Shown here: positions 47,759 to 58,339 of the stretch, piece by piece
Numbering within the stretch: position 1 is the stretch's first letter
Layout of the letters: each line of letters starts with the position of its first letter
Source of the DNA: an uncultured delta proteobacterium
GTDB lineage: Bacteria > Desulfobacterota > Binatia > Binatales > Binataceae
Direction of reading: 5' to 3'
Length of the DNA: 64,000 bases
NCBI GenBank assembly: GCA_963794325.1
Contig: CAWCDG010000004.1
Location: 352,001-416,000, forward strand
Position numbers and translations under genes: made by a program
The notes under the pieces: generated by a model
What the model was told of the DNA's origin: nothing
Seen by the model: the letters and a program-made list of their open reading frames with translations, nothing else
Database searches by the model: none

Positions 47759-48553
47759 CTAGCGCTCCTGGTCCTCCATCTTTTTGTCCATCTCGCGCAG
47801 CTTGGCGAGTTTCTGATCGGTCGGCTCGATCGCTTTGGTTGAAGCTTCGGCGACCGTCTTGGTGCGCTCAGTTGGCAGCTCGCCGCTGACCTTCTCCAGC
47901 GCTTCCTTCGCCAGCCGCCGGACCATCGGGCTCTGATCCTGCGCAACCACCGCGTTCAGCAGCGGAGTCGCCTTGTCGCTGCCGATTTCGCCGAGCGCAA
48001 AGACCGCAGTGCCGCGCCCGCGCTCATCCTGATCTTCCCCAAGATACTGCATCACAGGCAGCGTGCCCTGCGCATCGCCAATCCGGCCCAGACCCGCCAC
48101 CAGATGCAGTTTGACGATGGGTTCGGTGGAACGCAGGAACAGCATCGTCGACATCGGCGTCACTGCGTCATTGGCTCCGCGCGCGCCCAGAATGTCGATG
48201 GCCTTTATCTTAACGCGCACGTCGGGATCGGACATCGAGGTGATGAGTATCTGGTTAACTTCGGGGTCCTGGAGAAAGCGGAGTTTCTCGAGTTCGGATA
48301 CCCGAACGGCAGGGTCGGCGTCCTTGAGCCCGAGCTTCACGTCTTTGATGATTTTGAACGGCGTTTCCGTGGACGCGCGGCTCGCCAGGTCATCGATACC
48401 GGCCTTCGTGTCGCTCTGATGCGACAGCGGATTGGAGCTGAGCGCGCTGCCGATTCCCTGGCCGCCATATTGCGCCTGCGCCAACGCGAGGTGCGGAACG
48501 GCCAGCGCAGCGCCGAGCGCGAAGGTTGCAAACAATTTTCGGGTGATACTCAT
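47759..48553 (-). CDS. Secreted HEAT-repeat protein
   Basis: Signal peptide, D.D..VR..A...LG repeats, GGAGG RBS. Confidence 0.85.
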   Translation of the reverse strand: MSITRKLFATFALGAALAVPHLALAQAQYGGQGIGSALSSNPLSHQSDTKAGIDDLASRASTETPFKIIKDVKLGLKDADPAVRVSELEKLRFLQDPEVNQILITSMSDPDVRVKIKAIDILGARGANDAVTPMSTMLFLRSTEPIVKLHLVAGLGRIGDAQGTLPVMQYLGEDQDERGRGTAVFALGEIGSDKATPLLNAVVAQDQSPMVRRLAKEALEKVSGELPTERTKTVAEASTKAIEPTDQKLAKLREMDKKMEDQER

Positions 48554-48592
48554 TTCCCCCACCTCCGGAATCGGCCAAAATTATTGGTGATC

Positions 48593-49573
48593 ATGCACGA
48601 CATTGCAAGGAAGCGCGGTCCACGGGCGAGGAAGGGGCACGTGCGCTGGGATGTGCTCGCGAGCGCCGCAATCGCGGCGTTCATACTCGTTATGAGCGCG
48701 GTAGCGTCACCAATGCTCGCATCGGGCGCCCCGGATTCGAGCGCGTCGCCCGAGCCCGCGCCGGCCCACAAGCACAAGCATCGACATTTGCCGACGCCCG
48801 CGCCGACTCCGATGGCGCTGCCGCCCGAGATCAAAGCGAAGGTGCCGGCGTACACGCCGGGTCGGATTCCGTTTCATGACGGCGAGCAGTTGGTCTATCA
48901 GGCGTCGTGGGTCGGTATTCCGGCCGCGCAGGCGCGTCTCGAATTTCATCAGGAGCAAAAGAACGATCGGCCGAGGTGGCTGGGCGAAATCTGGATCGAG
49001 ACCAATCCATTTGCCGATCTATTTTACAAGATGCGCGACTACATGAAAGAAAGCATGGCCGCCGACACGCTCCACACCAGCGGCGTTTACCTGGTCCAGC
49101 ACGAAAAATCGCGGCTCAACTATTATGACGTGGCGATCGATCGGCCCGCGCAGAGAGTCACGATGACCAAAAAAAACCACAAGGGCACGCAGAGCAAGGA
49201 ATACATCGCGTCGGACCCGTGGGGCCCAATCTCGGGCGCAATGATGGCGCTGACGCAGAATTTCGCGCCGGGCAAAACTTATGCGTTCGACGTGTTCAGC
49301 GGGAGCCAGCGTTACGTCTTCGCGTTCGTGGTCGATAAGCGCGAGAAGATTCATCTCGATATGGGCGACTTCGACGCGTGGAAAGTCGTGCCCGACGTCT
49401 GGTACGTCAGCGACGGGGAGCTGCGCAGCGAGGCGCGGAATACCGTGCTGTGGATCTCCGCCGACCAGCGCCATCTGCCGCTAAGAATTCAGGCGCAGGC
49501 ATACATTGGCTATGTGCGCGCGGACCTGATCCAGGTCGATGGCAAGGGCGTCGTCGAGAGTGCGCAGAAATGA
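48593..49573 (+). CDS. DUF3108 family protein (start uncertain)
   Basis: PFHDGEQLVY..SW.GI.A and LWIS.D..HLPLRI. Confidence 0.75.
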   Translation: MHDIARKRGPRARKGHVRWDVLASAAIAAFILVMSAVASPMLASGAPDSSASPEPAPAHKHKHRHLPTPAPTPMALPPEIKAKVPAYTPGRIPFHDGEQLVYQASWVGIPAAQARLEFHQEQKNDRPRWLGEIWIETNPFADLFYKMRDYMKESMAADTLHTSGVYLVQHEKSRLNYYDVAIDRPAQRVTMTKKNHKGTQSKEYIASDPWGPISGAMMALTQNFAPGKTYAFDVFSGSQRYVFAFVVDKREKIHLDMGDFDAWKVVPDVWYVSDGELRSEARNTVLWISADQRHLPLRIQAQAYIGYVRADLIQVDGKGVVESAQK

Positions 49574-49622
49574 TGTCCGGCGCGCTCGACTGAGCTACTA
49601 TACAAAACAAGGGGATCAGACG

Positions 49623-50264
49623 ATGCCGAAAAAGCTCGAATTCTTTTACGACTGCTCCAGCCCGTGGACCTACCTCGCCTTTACGAAGATCGAGGACCTC
49701 GCGCACCGCCACGATGCGGACCTGATCTGGCGGCCCATCCTGGTCGGCGGACTGTTCAACACGGTCAATCCTTCGGTGTACGAGAGCCGCGCGAAACCGG
49801 TTCCGGTCAAGGCGAAATATTACGTCAAGGATCTGCGCGACTGGGCGAAATTTTACGGCATCAAGATAGGCAACCCTACCGTGTTCCCGGTCAATTCGGT
49901 CAAGGCGATGCGTGGGGCGCTGGTCGCCGTCGAGCATCGCGTGATCTCGCGCTACTCGAAGCGGGTGTTCGAGAGCTACTGGACCGACGACAATGACATC
50001 AGCCAGGACGATGTCTTGCGCGAAATCGTGAAGGAGGTTGGCCTCGACGAGAAAGAATTTTTCACGAAGATCGCGTCGGATGAGTACAAGGCCAGGCTGC
50101 GCGCGAACGTCGAGGAGCTGATCGCGCGCGGCGGTTTCGGATCGCCGACGATGTTCGTCGAGGGCTCGATGTTTTTCGGCAACGACCGGCTGCCACTGGT
50201 CGAGCACGAACTGGCGACCGGAGTCGGCGGCGCCCTCGACCAGGGATCAGGCGGCTCAACCTAG
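49623..50264 (+). CDS. 2-hydroxychromene-2-carboxylate isomerase (DsbA/kappa-GST family)
   Basis: FFYDCSSPWTYL, GGFGSPT, FFGNDRL. Confidence 0.9.
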   Translation: MPKKLEFFYDCSSPWTYLAFTKIEDLAHRHDADLIWRPILVGGLFNTVNPSVYESRAKPVPVKAKYYVKDLRDWAKFYGIKIGNPTVFPVNSVKAMRGALVAVEHRVISRYSKRVFESYWTDDNDISQDDVLREIVKEVGLDEKEFFTKIASDEYKARLRANVEELIARGGFGSPTMFVEGSMFFGNDRLPLVEHELATGVGGALDQGSGGST

Positions 50265-50281
50265 TTTCCAATCGGGATACG

Positions 50282-50923
50282 ATGACGCATTGGACGGAAG
50301 GTCAGGCACGAACCGACCATCGCGACGACCTCGGGAATCGCGCAGCCAAAGGAGTGCGCGCATTCGTCGCAGTGCGGATGAATGATCAGGTGGAAGACTC
50401 GATCGCGAGGACGGTCGACGAGCTGAAGCATCCGGATGACGGCGTCCGATGGGTACCACGCGCGAATCTGCATATCACGCTCAAGTTCCTCGGACCGGCA
50501 GTGGACTCGCATCGATTGCAGCAGCTGACGGCCGGGCTGCGTCAGCTCGCGACGAAAACGGCGCCATTCGAGGTCGCCGCGACGGGCGTCGGTGGGTTCC
50601 CGAACCTCGAGCATCCGCGCGTGATTTGGGTGGGTCTGCACAGCGTTGAATCGGGAGCGCTCGCCGCACTTGCTTCGCGGCTGGAGACGGTTGCGGCCGA
50701 ATACGGATTCGAGCGCGAGAAGCGCCGATGGAGCGGGCATCTGACTATTGGCCGGGTCCGCGGCGACTCGATCGAGGACAAAACGCGCGAGGCGTTGGAG
50801 GCGGTGCGGCAGCGCACGTTCGGCGTCTCGAAGATCGAGTCGATGACTCTCTACCGCAGCAATCTCGGCCCCAACGGCGCCCACTACGAAGCGCTCGCTA
50901 CCTTTCTCTTTCAGTCGCGTTAA
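50282..50923 (+). CDS. thpR: RNA 2',3'-cyclic phosphodiesterase
   Basis: Two HxT motifs (HITLKFLG, HLTIGR); upstream of recA. Confidence 0.9.
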   Translation: MTHWTEGQARTDHRDDLGNRAAKGVRAFVAVRMNDQVEDSIARTVDELKHPDDGVRWVPRANLHITLKFLGPAVDSHRLQQLTAGLRQLATKTAPFEVAATGVGGFPNLEHPRVIWVGLHSVESGALAALASRLETVAAEYGFEREKRRWSGHLTIGRVRGDSIEDKTREALEAVRQRTFGVSKIESMTLYRSNLGPNGAHYEALATFLFQSR

Positions 50924-50940
50924 CATCGAGCTAGCGGCAT

Positions 50941-50955
50941 GTTGTCTTTTTGTTC
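50941..50955 (+). promoter_or_regulatory. Possible LexA box upstream of recA
   Basis: GTTG-N7-GTTC, one mismatch to the GTTC-N7-GTTC direct-repeat SOS box. Confidence 0.35.
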
Positions 50956-51083
50956 TTTTCGTAACACCAGCGTCGCTTGTCAACACCCCTGTGGACACCG
51001 ACGGCAACGTGGCTAGAGCTATCGACCTGAGTTTGTGGCAAGATTCGCAACGCGACAAACATGTTCCGCATGGGTAAAAAGCG

Positions 51084-52154
51084 ATGGCGATAGAGATCAA
51101 AAGTAAGGCGCTCGACCTGGCGCTCAGCCAAATCGAGAAACAGTTCGGCAAGGGCTCGATCATGAAGCTCGGCGAGCAGGCGATTTCCGCCGACATCGCG
51201 GTCGTGCCGACCGGATCGCTCGGACTCGACGTCGCACTCGGCGTGGGTGGATTGCCGCGCGGCCGGGTGGTCGAAATTTACGGTCCGGAATCGTCGGGAA
51301 AGACGACGCTCGCGCTCGAATGTATCGCCGAGGCCCAGAAGATGGGCGGGACGTGCGCGTTTATCGACGCCGAACACGCGCTCGACGCGGCCTACGCGCG
51401 CAAGCTCGGGGTCAAGGTCGAGGACTTGCTCATCTCGCAGCCGGACAACGGCGAGCAGGCGCTGGAAATCACCGAGACGCTGGTGCAATCGGGCGCGATC
51501 GACGTGCTGGTGATCGATTCGGTCGCGGCGCTGGTGCCGCGCGCGGAAATCGAAGGCGAGATGGGCGAGCCGCAGATGGGCCTGCAAGCGCGCCTGATGT
51601 CGCAGGCACTGCGCAAGCTGACCTCGATCATATCGCGATCGCGCACCATCGTTATTTTCATCAACCAGATCCGGATGAAGATTGGCGTGATGTTCGGGAA
51701 TCCGGAAACGACCACCGGCGGCAACGCGCTCAAGTTTTATTCGTCGGTGCGTATCGACATCCGGCGCATCGGCACGATCAAGAACGCGACCGAAGTGATC
51801 GGCTCGCGCACCAAGGTCAAAGTGGTGAAGAACAAGGTCGCGCCGCCGTTCCGCGAGGCCGAGTTCGACATCCTGTACGGCACCGGCATTTCGAAGGAAG
51901 GCGAACTGGTCGATATGGCGAGCGAGCACAATATTATCGAGAAGCTCGGCGCGTGGTACTCCTACAACGGCGAGCGAATCGGCCAGGGCCGCGAGAACGC
52001 GCGCGACCTCCTGAAGGCCAATCCGAAGCTGGCCGAAGAGATCGAGGTTAAGGTCCGCGAAAAGCTCGCCGCCAAACCCGTTGCGCTGCCACCGGAGGCG
52101 GCCGTCGAGGAGCCGGAGCAGGCACCCGCGCAGGCCCCAAAGAAAAAGGGGTAA
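51084..52154 (+). CDS. recA: Recombinase RecA
   Basis: [25 protein letters not shown]. Confidence 0.98.
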   Translation: MAIEIKSKALDLALSQIEKQFGKGSIMKLGEQAISADIAVVPTGSLGLDVALGVGGLPRGRVVEIYGPESSGKTTLALECIAEAQKMGGTCAFIDAEHALDAAYARKLGVKVEDLLISQPDNGEQALEITETLVQSGAIDVLVIDSVAALVPRAEIEGEMGEPQMGLQARLMSQALRKLTSIISRSRTIVIFINQIRMKIGVMFGNPETTTGGNALKFYSSVRIDIRRIGTIKNATEVIGSRTKVKVVKNKVAPPFREAEFDILYGTGISKEGELVDMASEHNIIEKLGAWYSYNGERIGQGRENARDLLKANPKLAEEIEVKVREKLAAKPVALPPEAAVEEPEQAPAQAPKKKG

Positions 52155-52392
52155 ACTAATCGCATGTGAAACCCTCCGCGGGTTTCACGCTTCCGCGGCA
52201 GGGGTGACCCCTGCACCCAGTATTAATCGCAAAATGGCGAGGACGCCATTTTGCTCTCAGGTTCTTTTGGAGCCTCAACCCCTTCTAACGGGGACGAAGT
52301 CCCGCATCTTTCTGGATACTAAGGTGCAGGGGTTACCCCTGCTGAAGGAAGCATGAATCCCACCGCGGGTTTCATTACGATTAGTCATCCTT
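52145..52392. mobile_element. Family A element, complete shorter variant
   Basis: Both inverted arms plus internal CTTCTAAC.GGGACGAAGTCCCGCATC as in 8692-9022. Confidence 0.8.
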
Positions 52393-53407
52393 ACATCGCG
52401 ATATGAAAATGCGCCAATATCGCGGGGCCGTTGTGCGACAGGATTCGCGATAGCGCGAATAGCAGGCCGAAGAACGCGCCGAACAGGCCGCCGTTGACGC
52501 GAATCCAGTCCAGATGCGTGCGGGTTTTCGATTCGATCTGAATTCTGATCTGGTCGTCCGACAGTCGCGCGAGATTCTCGCGCACCATCAACGTGATTTG
52601 GCCGCGGCTCGATTCGACCGTTCTGCGCACCATGTTGTCGATCAGCTTTTGCGCAAATTGATTCGCGTAGCTGTCGGGATCGTGAAGCTGAGCGCCGAAC
52701 TCATGGATCGCGCTTTCGATCGTGGCGCGCAACTCGGGATCGTTCTGTAGCTCGGGCAGCCGCTTGCGCAAATTCGCCGCGATCCGCGCGCCGATCGATT
52801 CCGCGCCGAACCGGCTCATCACCGCGTAGATTCGCGTGACCGTCTTGGGCAGCATCCGCTTGAGAACTTTCTCGAGGCGCTCGCGCTTCTCGGGTGAATC
52901 AAGATAGTCAATCGCGTTGGTGATTAACCGCTCGAGCCCGGCCTGCCCCAGCAGGTCGTTCAGATTCATTTCCTGCAGATAGCTGCCGAGACGGCCGACC
53001 AGGTTCATCTTGTGGAGCCGGTCGCCAATCATCTGCGGCGTCAGCCATTCGTTCTCGATTGTCGCGGCGATTCCGTCAATCAGCTTGACCCGATTGCGCG
53101 GCAGCACGCCGGAGTTGGGCAGGTACCATCGCCGCTCGAAGATCATCTTGAGCGCGATATAGTCGCAGAGCCCGCCGATGAGCGCCGCCTCCGCCATCGA
53201 GACCGCAATCTCCGACGACGTCTTGAAATGCGTGAACATCAGAAAGGCGAGGCTGACGAGGTAGATGAAAAACGAAAACGCCAGCGTCAGGTCGCCCTTA
53301 TGCATGAGGAAAAAGTTGGAGAGGGAGAACGGCTCGCGGGCGCGGGTAGATGCATTGATACTGATGTCCATGGGATCCAGTGTGTCCGACCCATCGCGAT
53401 GGGCCAA
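52391..53407 (-). CDS. DUF445 family membrane protein
   Basis: EAALIGGLCDYIA..M.F and L.WIRVNG.L.G. Confidence 0.85.
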   Translation of the reverse strand: MAHRDGSDTLDPMDISINASTRAREPFSLSNFFLMHKGDLTLAFSFFIYLVSLAFLMFTHFKTSSEIAVSMAEAALIGGLCDYIALKMIFERRWYLPNSGVLPRNRVKLIDGIAATIENEWLTPQMIGDRLHKMNLVGRLGSYLQEMNLNDLLGQAGLERLITNAIDYLDSPEKRERLEKVLKRMLPKTVTRIYAVMSRFGAESIGARIAANLRKRLPELQNDPELRATIESAIHEFGAQLHDPDSYANQFAQKLIDNMVRRTVESSRGQITLMVRENLARLSDDQIRIQIESKTRTHLDWIRVNGGLFGAFFGLLFALSRILSHNGPAILAHFHIAM

Positions 53408-53460
53408 CCGCTAGCCGCAGTAAGAACGCTGCTTCCAACGTCGTCCGCGACGCCCCTGAA

Positions 53461-53494
53461 TAACCTCTCCTTGTCCGATCGGAAGGGGAGGTTA
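53461..53494. repeat. Hairpin related to family B/E repeats
   Basis: TAACCTCTCCTT...AAGGGGAGGTTA. Confidence 0.45.
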
Positions 53495-53502
53495 AGATCG
53501 TA

Positions 53503-54885
53503 CTACGCGATGGCTTTTGCTTTCTCTTGTTCGGCGGCGGCGCTTCGCGCTGCGAGGCGGTCGCGCATGGCGCGGTGGCTTTCGCGGGTGATTGGGTAGC
53601 GCGAGAAGACTAGAGCGCTCATCAGATAAATCGAGGCGGGGGCGATTGCGAATAGAGCGCGCAGATGTTCGCCGGCTTCCGGCGTGATTCCGCTGCCGCC
53701 CGGTTTGTAGCCAACCCAGCTCAAGACCGGACCGACCATCAGCAGCGTTACCGCGACCGCCATCTTTATCGACATCGAGGTGATTCCGCCGTATGCGCCC
53801 TCCTGGCGCTGGCCGGTGCGCTCCTCGTCCCATTCGATCACGTCAGCGGACGCCGACATTTGCGTGACCCAGATTCCGATCGCCGAGAAGCCGGTGAACG
53901 CCATCAAGAGGTAGAGCGCGACGGTGCTTTGCCGCGTCATCAGCATGAACATCAGCGAGCCGAGCGCGTTGCAGACCATCGCGACCACGAAGGCCGGCTT
54001 CTTTTCGAAGCGCACGGTGATCCTGAACCAGAACGGATACGAAATCACTGAGCCGGCGAAGTACGCGATCAGCCATCGCGCCGCCGCGTTCTCATCGTGA
54101 TACCAGTACTTCGCGAGGAAGCGGATCAGCACGGTCGGAATATTGATGGCCATGATGGCCAGCGTCGTGGCGATCAGCAAAATGATGAACGGCCGGTTGC
54201 CGGCCATCGATTTGATCGACGCCCACAGCTTCGAGCGCTCGAGCGTCGAGAACTCCGCACGCTCGCGCAATCCGGTGTAGGCAACCATCGCGCCGCCCGC
54301 GACTACGATCGCGCAGATCGCGCCGGTCACTTTGAAATCGGTGCCGCGTGCGAACAGGTAGGTCGCCGCGAACGGCAGCAGCGCGCCGCTGATATCACCG
54401 ACGGTGCCCAGCAGCATCCGGAAGGTCGAGAGCTTGGTGCGTTCGTCGTAGTCGAGCGTGAGTTCCGGCATCAGCGCGCTGTATGCGGTCTCGTAAATCT
54501 TCCGCGACGTGAGCATCAGGAAGTAGAAGCCGAAGAACCAGACGAACAGTCCCGCCTTGAGCTGCGGCGGGGATAGCAGCAGGTAATAGCAGATCGCCAT
54601 CGGAATCGCGGCGAAGAAAAACGGCCGGCGACGGCCCGACTTGAAACGCGCGCGATCGGAAATGTTGCCGACCAGCGGATCGGTCACCGCGTCAAGCACC
54701 AGCGCGAGAAAGAAAGCAAGTCCGGCCAGCGATGGCTGGAGGCCCATCCGATCGGTATAAAAATAGAGAAGATGAAGCCCGATCAAAGTCACGCACAGGT
54801 TGAGGCCGGTCTGCGCCTGCGCGTAGATTAGCAGGGGACGAAGGCCAATCTTTTCGCTCGAATCGCGGGTTGCCACAGCTCGCAA
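53503..54885 (-). CDS. GPH/MFS sugar-cation symporter family transporter
   Basis: DAVTDPLVGNISD, GRRRPF, TG.RQEG.Y. Confidence 0.9.
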   Translation of the reverse strand: MRAVATRDSSEKIGLRPLLIYAQAQTGLNLCVTLIGLHLLYFYTDRMGLQPSLAGLAFFLALVLDAVTDPLVGNISDRARFKSGRRRPFFFAAIPMAICYYLLLSPPQLKAGLFVWFFGFYFLMLTSRKIYETAYSALMPELTLDYDERTKLSTFRMLLGTVGDISGALLPFAATYLFARGTDFKVTGAICAIVVAGGAMVAYTGLRERAEFSTLERSKLWASIKSMAGNRPFIILLIATTLAIMAINIPTVLIRFLAKYWYHDENAAARWLIAYFAGSVISYPFWFRITVRFEKKPAFVVAMVCNALGSLMFMLMTRQSTVALYLLMAFTGFSAIGIWVTQMSASADVIEWDEERTGQRQEGAYGGITSMSIKMAVAVTLLMVGPVLSWVGYKPGGSGITPEAGEHLRALFAIAPASIYLMSALVFSRYPITRESHRAMRDRLAARSAAAEQEKAKAIA

Positions 54886-54951
54886 ACACTACTCGATGGA
54901 CGTGCTGATATACAAAGCGATTGCGATACCGGGTCCGACTCAGCTATCGGG

Positions 54952-55755
54952 ATGGCGATGAGAATTTTCGAGCGAAGGCCGATCCGCGAATGCCGATTGC
55001 TGTTGTTGGCGGTCGTACTTCTTTTGTCGCTCGCCCTGACGACCTCGGGATGCGCGCAAATCAAGGCGTGGTGGAATCCCGACGACGAGTCGGCCGATCT
55101 CGACGATGCCGCGAACGCCAACGAAGGTGAGCCGCTGCCGCCTCCGGTCGCCAATGTCGCGATCAGCTACCGCCGCTCCGGCGACGCGCTCTCACGCGCG
55201 ACCGTGATCAAGTTCTTCGGCGCTGAAGTGATCGCGAACCATCAACGCGACGCGTCGCATACAGAGTCGGTAGTGCGATTCGACGGCGGCGTTCCAATCT
55301 GGGAATTCAAGGCCGATGAGGGAACGTTCGGCTCGCTGACCGGCGTCGGCGCAGCGAAGTATTCGCTCAAGAGTATCGACTACTCGAAGGTGCCGACGCA
55401 TTTCACGCAGGTGCTTCCCGAGGAAGGGCCGCCGGAACCGCTCGACCGTGGCGCGTACTACGTCTTTCAAATAGAGCGCGCATCGGGTTCGACCAGCTAC
55501 CAGGCGGTGAAGGTGCTCGCTGACGGATCGCTCCAGGCTTACAACGCGCAGCCGCGGGCGGGCAGCAGCTATCTACTTTGCTGCAACGTGACCTCTGATT
55601 TCCCCGAGCCCGTGATTCTTCCCGATGCGACTCAGGATGCGGGAACTGAGACCCCGGCGCCCGAGGAAGCCCCCGACCAATCCGGTGCTCCTCCAGAGCA
55701 AGCTGCCCCTGCTCCGGAGGAACCTCCTCCGACGCTGGATCCCCTTAATCCATAG
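54952..55755 (+). CDS. Hypothetical lipoprotein
   Basis: Hydrophobic signal ending TSGC; Pro/Glu-rich tail. Confidence 0.7.
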   Translation: MAMRIFERRPIRECRLLLLAVVLLLSLALTTSGCAQIKAWWNPDDESADLDDAANANEGEPLPPPVANVAISYRRSGDALSRATVIKFFGAEVIANHQRDASHTESVVRFDGGVPIWEFKADEGTFGSLTGVGAAKYSLKSIDYSKVPTHFTQVLPEEGPPEPLDRGAYYVFQIERASGSTSYQAVKVLADGSLQAYNAQPRAGSSYLLCCNVTSDFPEPVILPDATQDAGTETPAPEEAPDQSGAPPEQAAPAPEEPPPTLDPLNP

Positions 55756-55856
55756 CAGTAGTTGGCGCGACATTCCGGCCCTTGGCAGCCTGATCCGGCC
55801 TCGGCGGATCGGCAACATTGCTAATGAATTCAGCTTATTGGATATCTTGGACAATC

Positions 55857-55931
55857 GATTCATTTATGAATCTATATTCAATATTGAACTAAGAATCGTA
55901 ATTGACACATCATTCATTTCCCGGTAAAAAT
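55857..55931 (+). promoter_or_regulatory. tetR promoter with palindromic operator candidates
   Basis: GATTCAT-TT-ATGAATC, TTCAATATTGAA, TTGACA-N17-TAAAAAT. Confidence 0.55.
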
Positions 55932-55938
55932 CCACATC

Positions 55939-56550
55939 GTGGGTGAAGTTAGTCGACAATCCGGGGACGCGCCGAATCGGTTCGATCGTCGTCGCGAAAA
56001 AACACGCTTCGATCTGATTCAAGCGGCCGAGCGCGTCATCTCGAGCAAGGGGTACCATCAGACGCGCATCGCCGACATCGCCACCGAAGCCGACGTCGGG
56101 CTGGGTACCTTCTACCTGCACTTCAAAACCAAGAACGAAATTTTTATCGAGCTGATCGAGCATGGCGCGGCTGAGTTGCGGCGCGGTCTCGGCGAGGCGA
56201 AGTCGGGCGTACATACGCCGGCCGAGAAACTAAAGATCACGATCGACACGATTCTCGACGCGGCCGCCGAGGCGCCCGAACTTTTCCGGATCGTGTTCGG
56301 CCACAGCCCCGCATTTCTCGATCTGATGGTCCGAGTGCACGAGGTTTTTATCAGCGACCTGCGCGACGATCTCGCGCCGGCAGTCGGTGAACGCGCCGAC
56401 GCGATCGCGCATCTCACGATCGGAATGTTATCGCAGGCGATCTCGTGGCTGCTCGCGAGCCGCGATCTTTCTCACGCGGAACTGAAAAACATCACCGTAA
56501 ATTTTGCCCTGGGCGGACTCGAGCGCGCGGCACAGCTCGGCGCCCCTTGA
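55939..56550 (+). CDS. TetR/AcrR family regulator
   Basis: IADIATEADVGLGTFYLHFKTK HTH. Confidence 0.92.
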   Translation: MGEVSRQSGDAPNRFDRRREKTRFDLIQAAERVISSKGYHQTRIADIATEADVGLGTFYLHFKTKNEIFIELIEHGAAELRRGLGEAKSGVHTPAEKLKITIDTILDAAAEAPELFRIVFGHSPAFLDLMVRVHEVFISDLRDDLAPAVGERADAIAHLTIGMLSQAISWLLASRDLSHAELKNITVNFALGGLERAAQLGAP

Positions 56551-56584
56551 AGAATTGAAAAATGAATCTTGGAGGATTCTCGCA

Positions 56585-57583
56585 ATGGCTCACGACCACA
56601 CCGTAGTTAACACCGACCTCGAAAGCGTCTTCCACTGGGACTACAGCGTTAAGTTCCCGCAGATGGACCGGCTGTACGAGAACGCCAAGCGCGATCAGTG
56701 GAACGTCTCGACCACTATCAACTGGGACCGCCCGATCGAGAACGAAGTCCTGGACATGACGATGATGCCGATGTTCCAGACCGAGCTCTATCGATCGCTG
56801 AGCGAAGAGAACAAGTACCAGCTCGGGCGCAAGTTCGCGGCGTGGCGGCTCTCGCAATTCCTGCACGGCGAGCAGGGCGCGCTGATGGTCTGCGGGCAAT
56901 TGGTTGATGCGGTGCCGGACCTCGACGCCAAGATGAATGCGGCGGCGCAGGTGTTTGACGAGGCGCGTCACGTCGAGGGCTTCCGCAAGTACATCACCAA
57001 GCTCGATCGCATCTACCCGATCGATCCGACGCTCGAACGGCTGCTGACCACGGTCATGGCGCACGATCGATGGGAGCCCAAGTACGTCGGGATGCAAGTC
57101 GTGGCTGAGGGACTCGCGATCGCGGCGTTCCGCTTCATGCAGCGCGAGACCAAGGACGAGCTGCTCAAGGAACTGCTCGAGTACATCATGAAGGACGAGG
57201 CGCGCCATGTGGGCTTCGGGATGCTGGCGCTGCGCGACGCGGTGACCAAGCTCAAGGGCAAGGACAAGAAGGACCTCGAGGACTTCGCGTTCGCGGCGTG
57301 CGACATGATGGTGACGAAGGTCGTCGACGGCGTGCCCAAGGACGGCTTCTTGTCGGGCGCGTCGGTGTTCGAGGAAGTTGGAATCTCGATGAAGGACATC
57401 GAGGAAGAGATGCATCGTAATCCCGCGTGGGCGGCGGCGGAGAACGACATGGAGAAGCAGTTCAACTCGTTCCTGTTCGTCGACACGATCATCCCATGCC
57501 TGCGGCAAATCGATCTGATCAACGACCGCACCGAGTCGTGGTACCAGCAGCTAGGCGTGATGCAGTTGGCGTCGGCCGCGTAG
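56585..57583 (+). CDS. Ferritin-like diiron protein (AurF-like family)
   Basis: GEQGA, two DEARH motifs, GGAGGA RBS. Confidence 0.88.
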   Translation: MAHDHTVVNTDLESVFHWDYSVKFPQMDRLYENAKRDQWNVSTTINWDRPIENEVLDMTMMPMFQTELYRSLSEENKYQLGRKFAAWRLSQFLHGEQGALMVCGQLVDAVPDLDAKMNAAAQVFDEARHVEGFRKYITKLDRIYPIDPTLERLLTTVMAHDRWEPKYVGMQVVAEGLAIAAFRFMQRETKDELLKELLEYIMKDEARHVGFGMLALRDAVTKLKGKDKKDLEDFAFAACDMMVTKVVDGVPKDGFLSGASVFEEVGISMKDIEEEMHRNPAWAAAENDMEKQFNSFLFVDTIIPCLRQIDLINDRTESWYQQLGVMQLASAA

Positions 57584-57607
57584 TTAGCAGACACAGTCAG
57601 AATGATG

Positions 57608-57643
57608 AAGGGCCGGTCGTCGACGACCGGCCCTTTTCTTTTT
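57608..57643 (+). terminator. Intrinsic terminator
   Basis: AAGGGCCGGTCG-TCGA-CGACCGGCCCTT followed by a T tract. Confidence 0.85.
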
Positions 57644-57753
57644 CCTGACGAGGAGCGAGCAAAGCGAGCACTTCTGTGATCCTGACAAGCGAGCAACGCG
57701 AGCGTCTTGTGTCATCCTGACGAAGCGAGCAACGCGAGCGGCAGGAAGGATCT
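57643..57753 (+). repeat. Three tandem ~33 bp units (TCCTGAC..AGCGAGCAA.GCGAGC), family D-like
   Basis: Direct triplication visible. Confidence 0.65.
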
Positions 57754-57835
57754 CGGACAGCTTCGCGTCAGCGAAGCCGGTTCCGGTTTCCGAAAATCGC
57801 GCAGCGCTCCTTTTCTGCTGTCGTCGCGCGCTGCG

Positions 57836-58339
57836 CTACTTTCGGAACTTCGCGAGTGCTGCGTTCTTGAGCTTGTAGTTCGGCTCGCCGAATTCCTCAT
57901 CGACGGTACCGGTCGGACAGAACCCCAGGCTGACATACAACGCCGCCGCGTTAAGATTGGTTCGGAAGCAGGTTAGTTGCACGGCTTCGCATCGCGGATA
58001 GCGGGCGACGATCATCTCGACCACCTCGACCATTGCGGCGCGGCCGTAACCTTTGCCCTGATGCTCGGCGGCGATCATGATGTCGTCGATCCAGTAATTC
58101 TCGGCGCTGTTCGGATCGCATGCGGTGGTCGTGTAGCCAACTATCTCGTCGCCGGCGCGGATCAGATGCGGCAGATGCTCGAAGTTGTCGCCGAAGAACT
58201 TCACGTAGCATCGCGCGAGCGTCCATGGCGGCGGCGTTACGAACTTCGTCTGTTCGGGGCGAAGCTGCATGCTGAACAGCTTCATGAAATTGCTCCGATC
58301 GATTGGTTCGATCACGACTTTTAGACCGCTGGTCTTCAT
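57836..58339 (-). CDS. GNAT family N-acetyltransferase
   Basis: HQGKGYGR and N..A..LY..LGF. Confidence 0.9.
   Translation of the reverse strand: MKTSGLKVVIEPIDRSNFMKLFSMQLRPEQTKFVTPPPWTLARCYVKFFGDNFEHLPHLIRAGDEIVGYTTTACDPNSAENYWIDDIMIAAEHQGKGYGRAAMVEVVEMIVARYPRCEAVQLTCFRTNLNAAALYVSLGFCPTGTVDEEFGEPNYKLKNAALAKFRK

Noticed and set aside
57643-57753. Tandem ~33 bp units as a CRISPR array
   Set aside because: Only three degenerate units, no unique spacers of proper length, no cas genes
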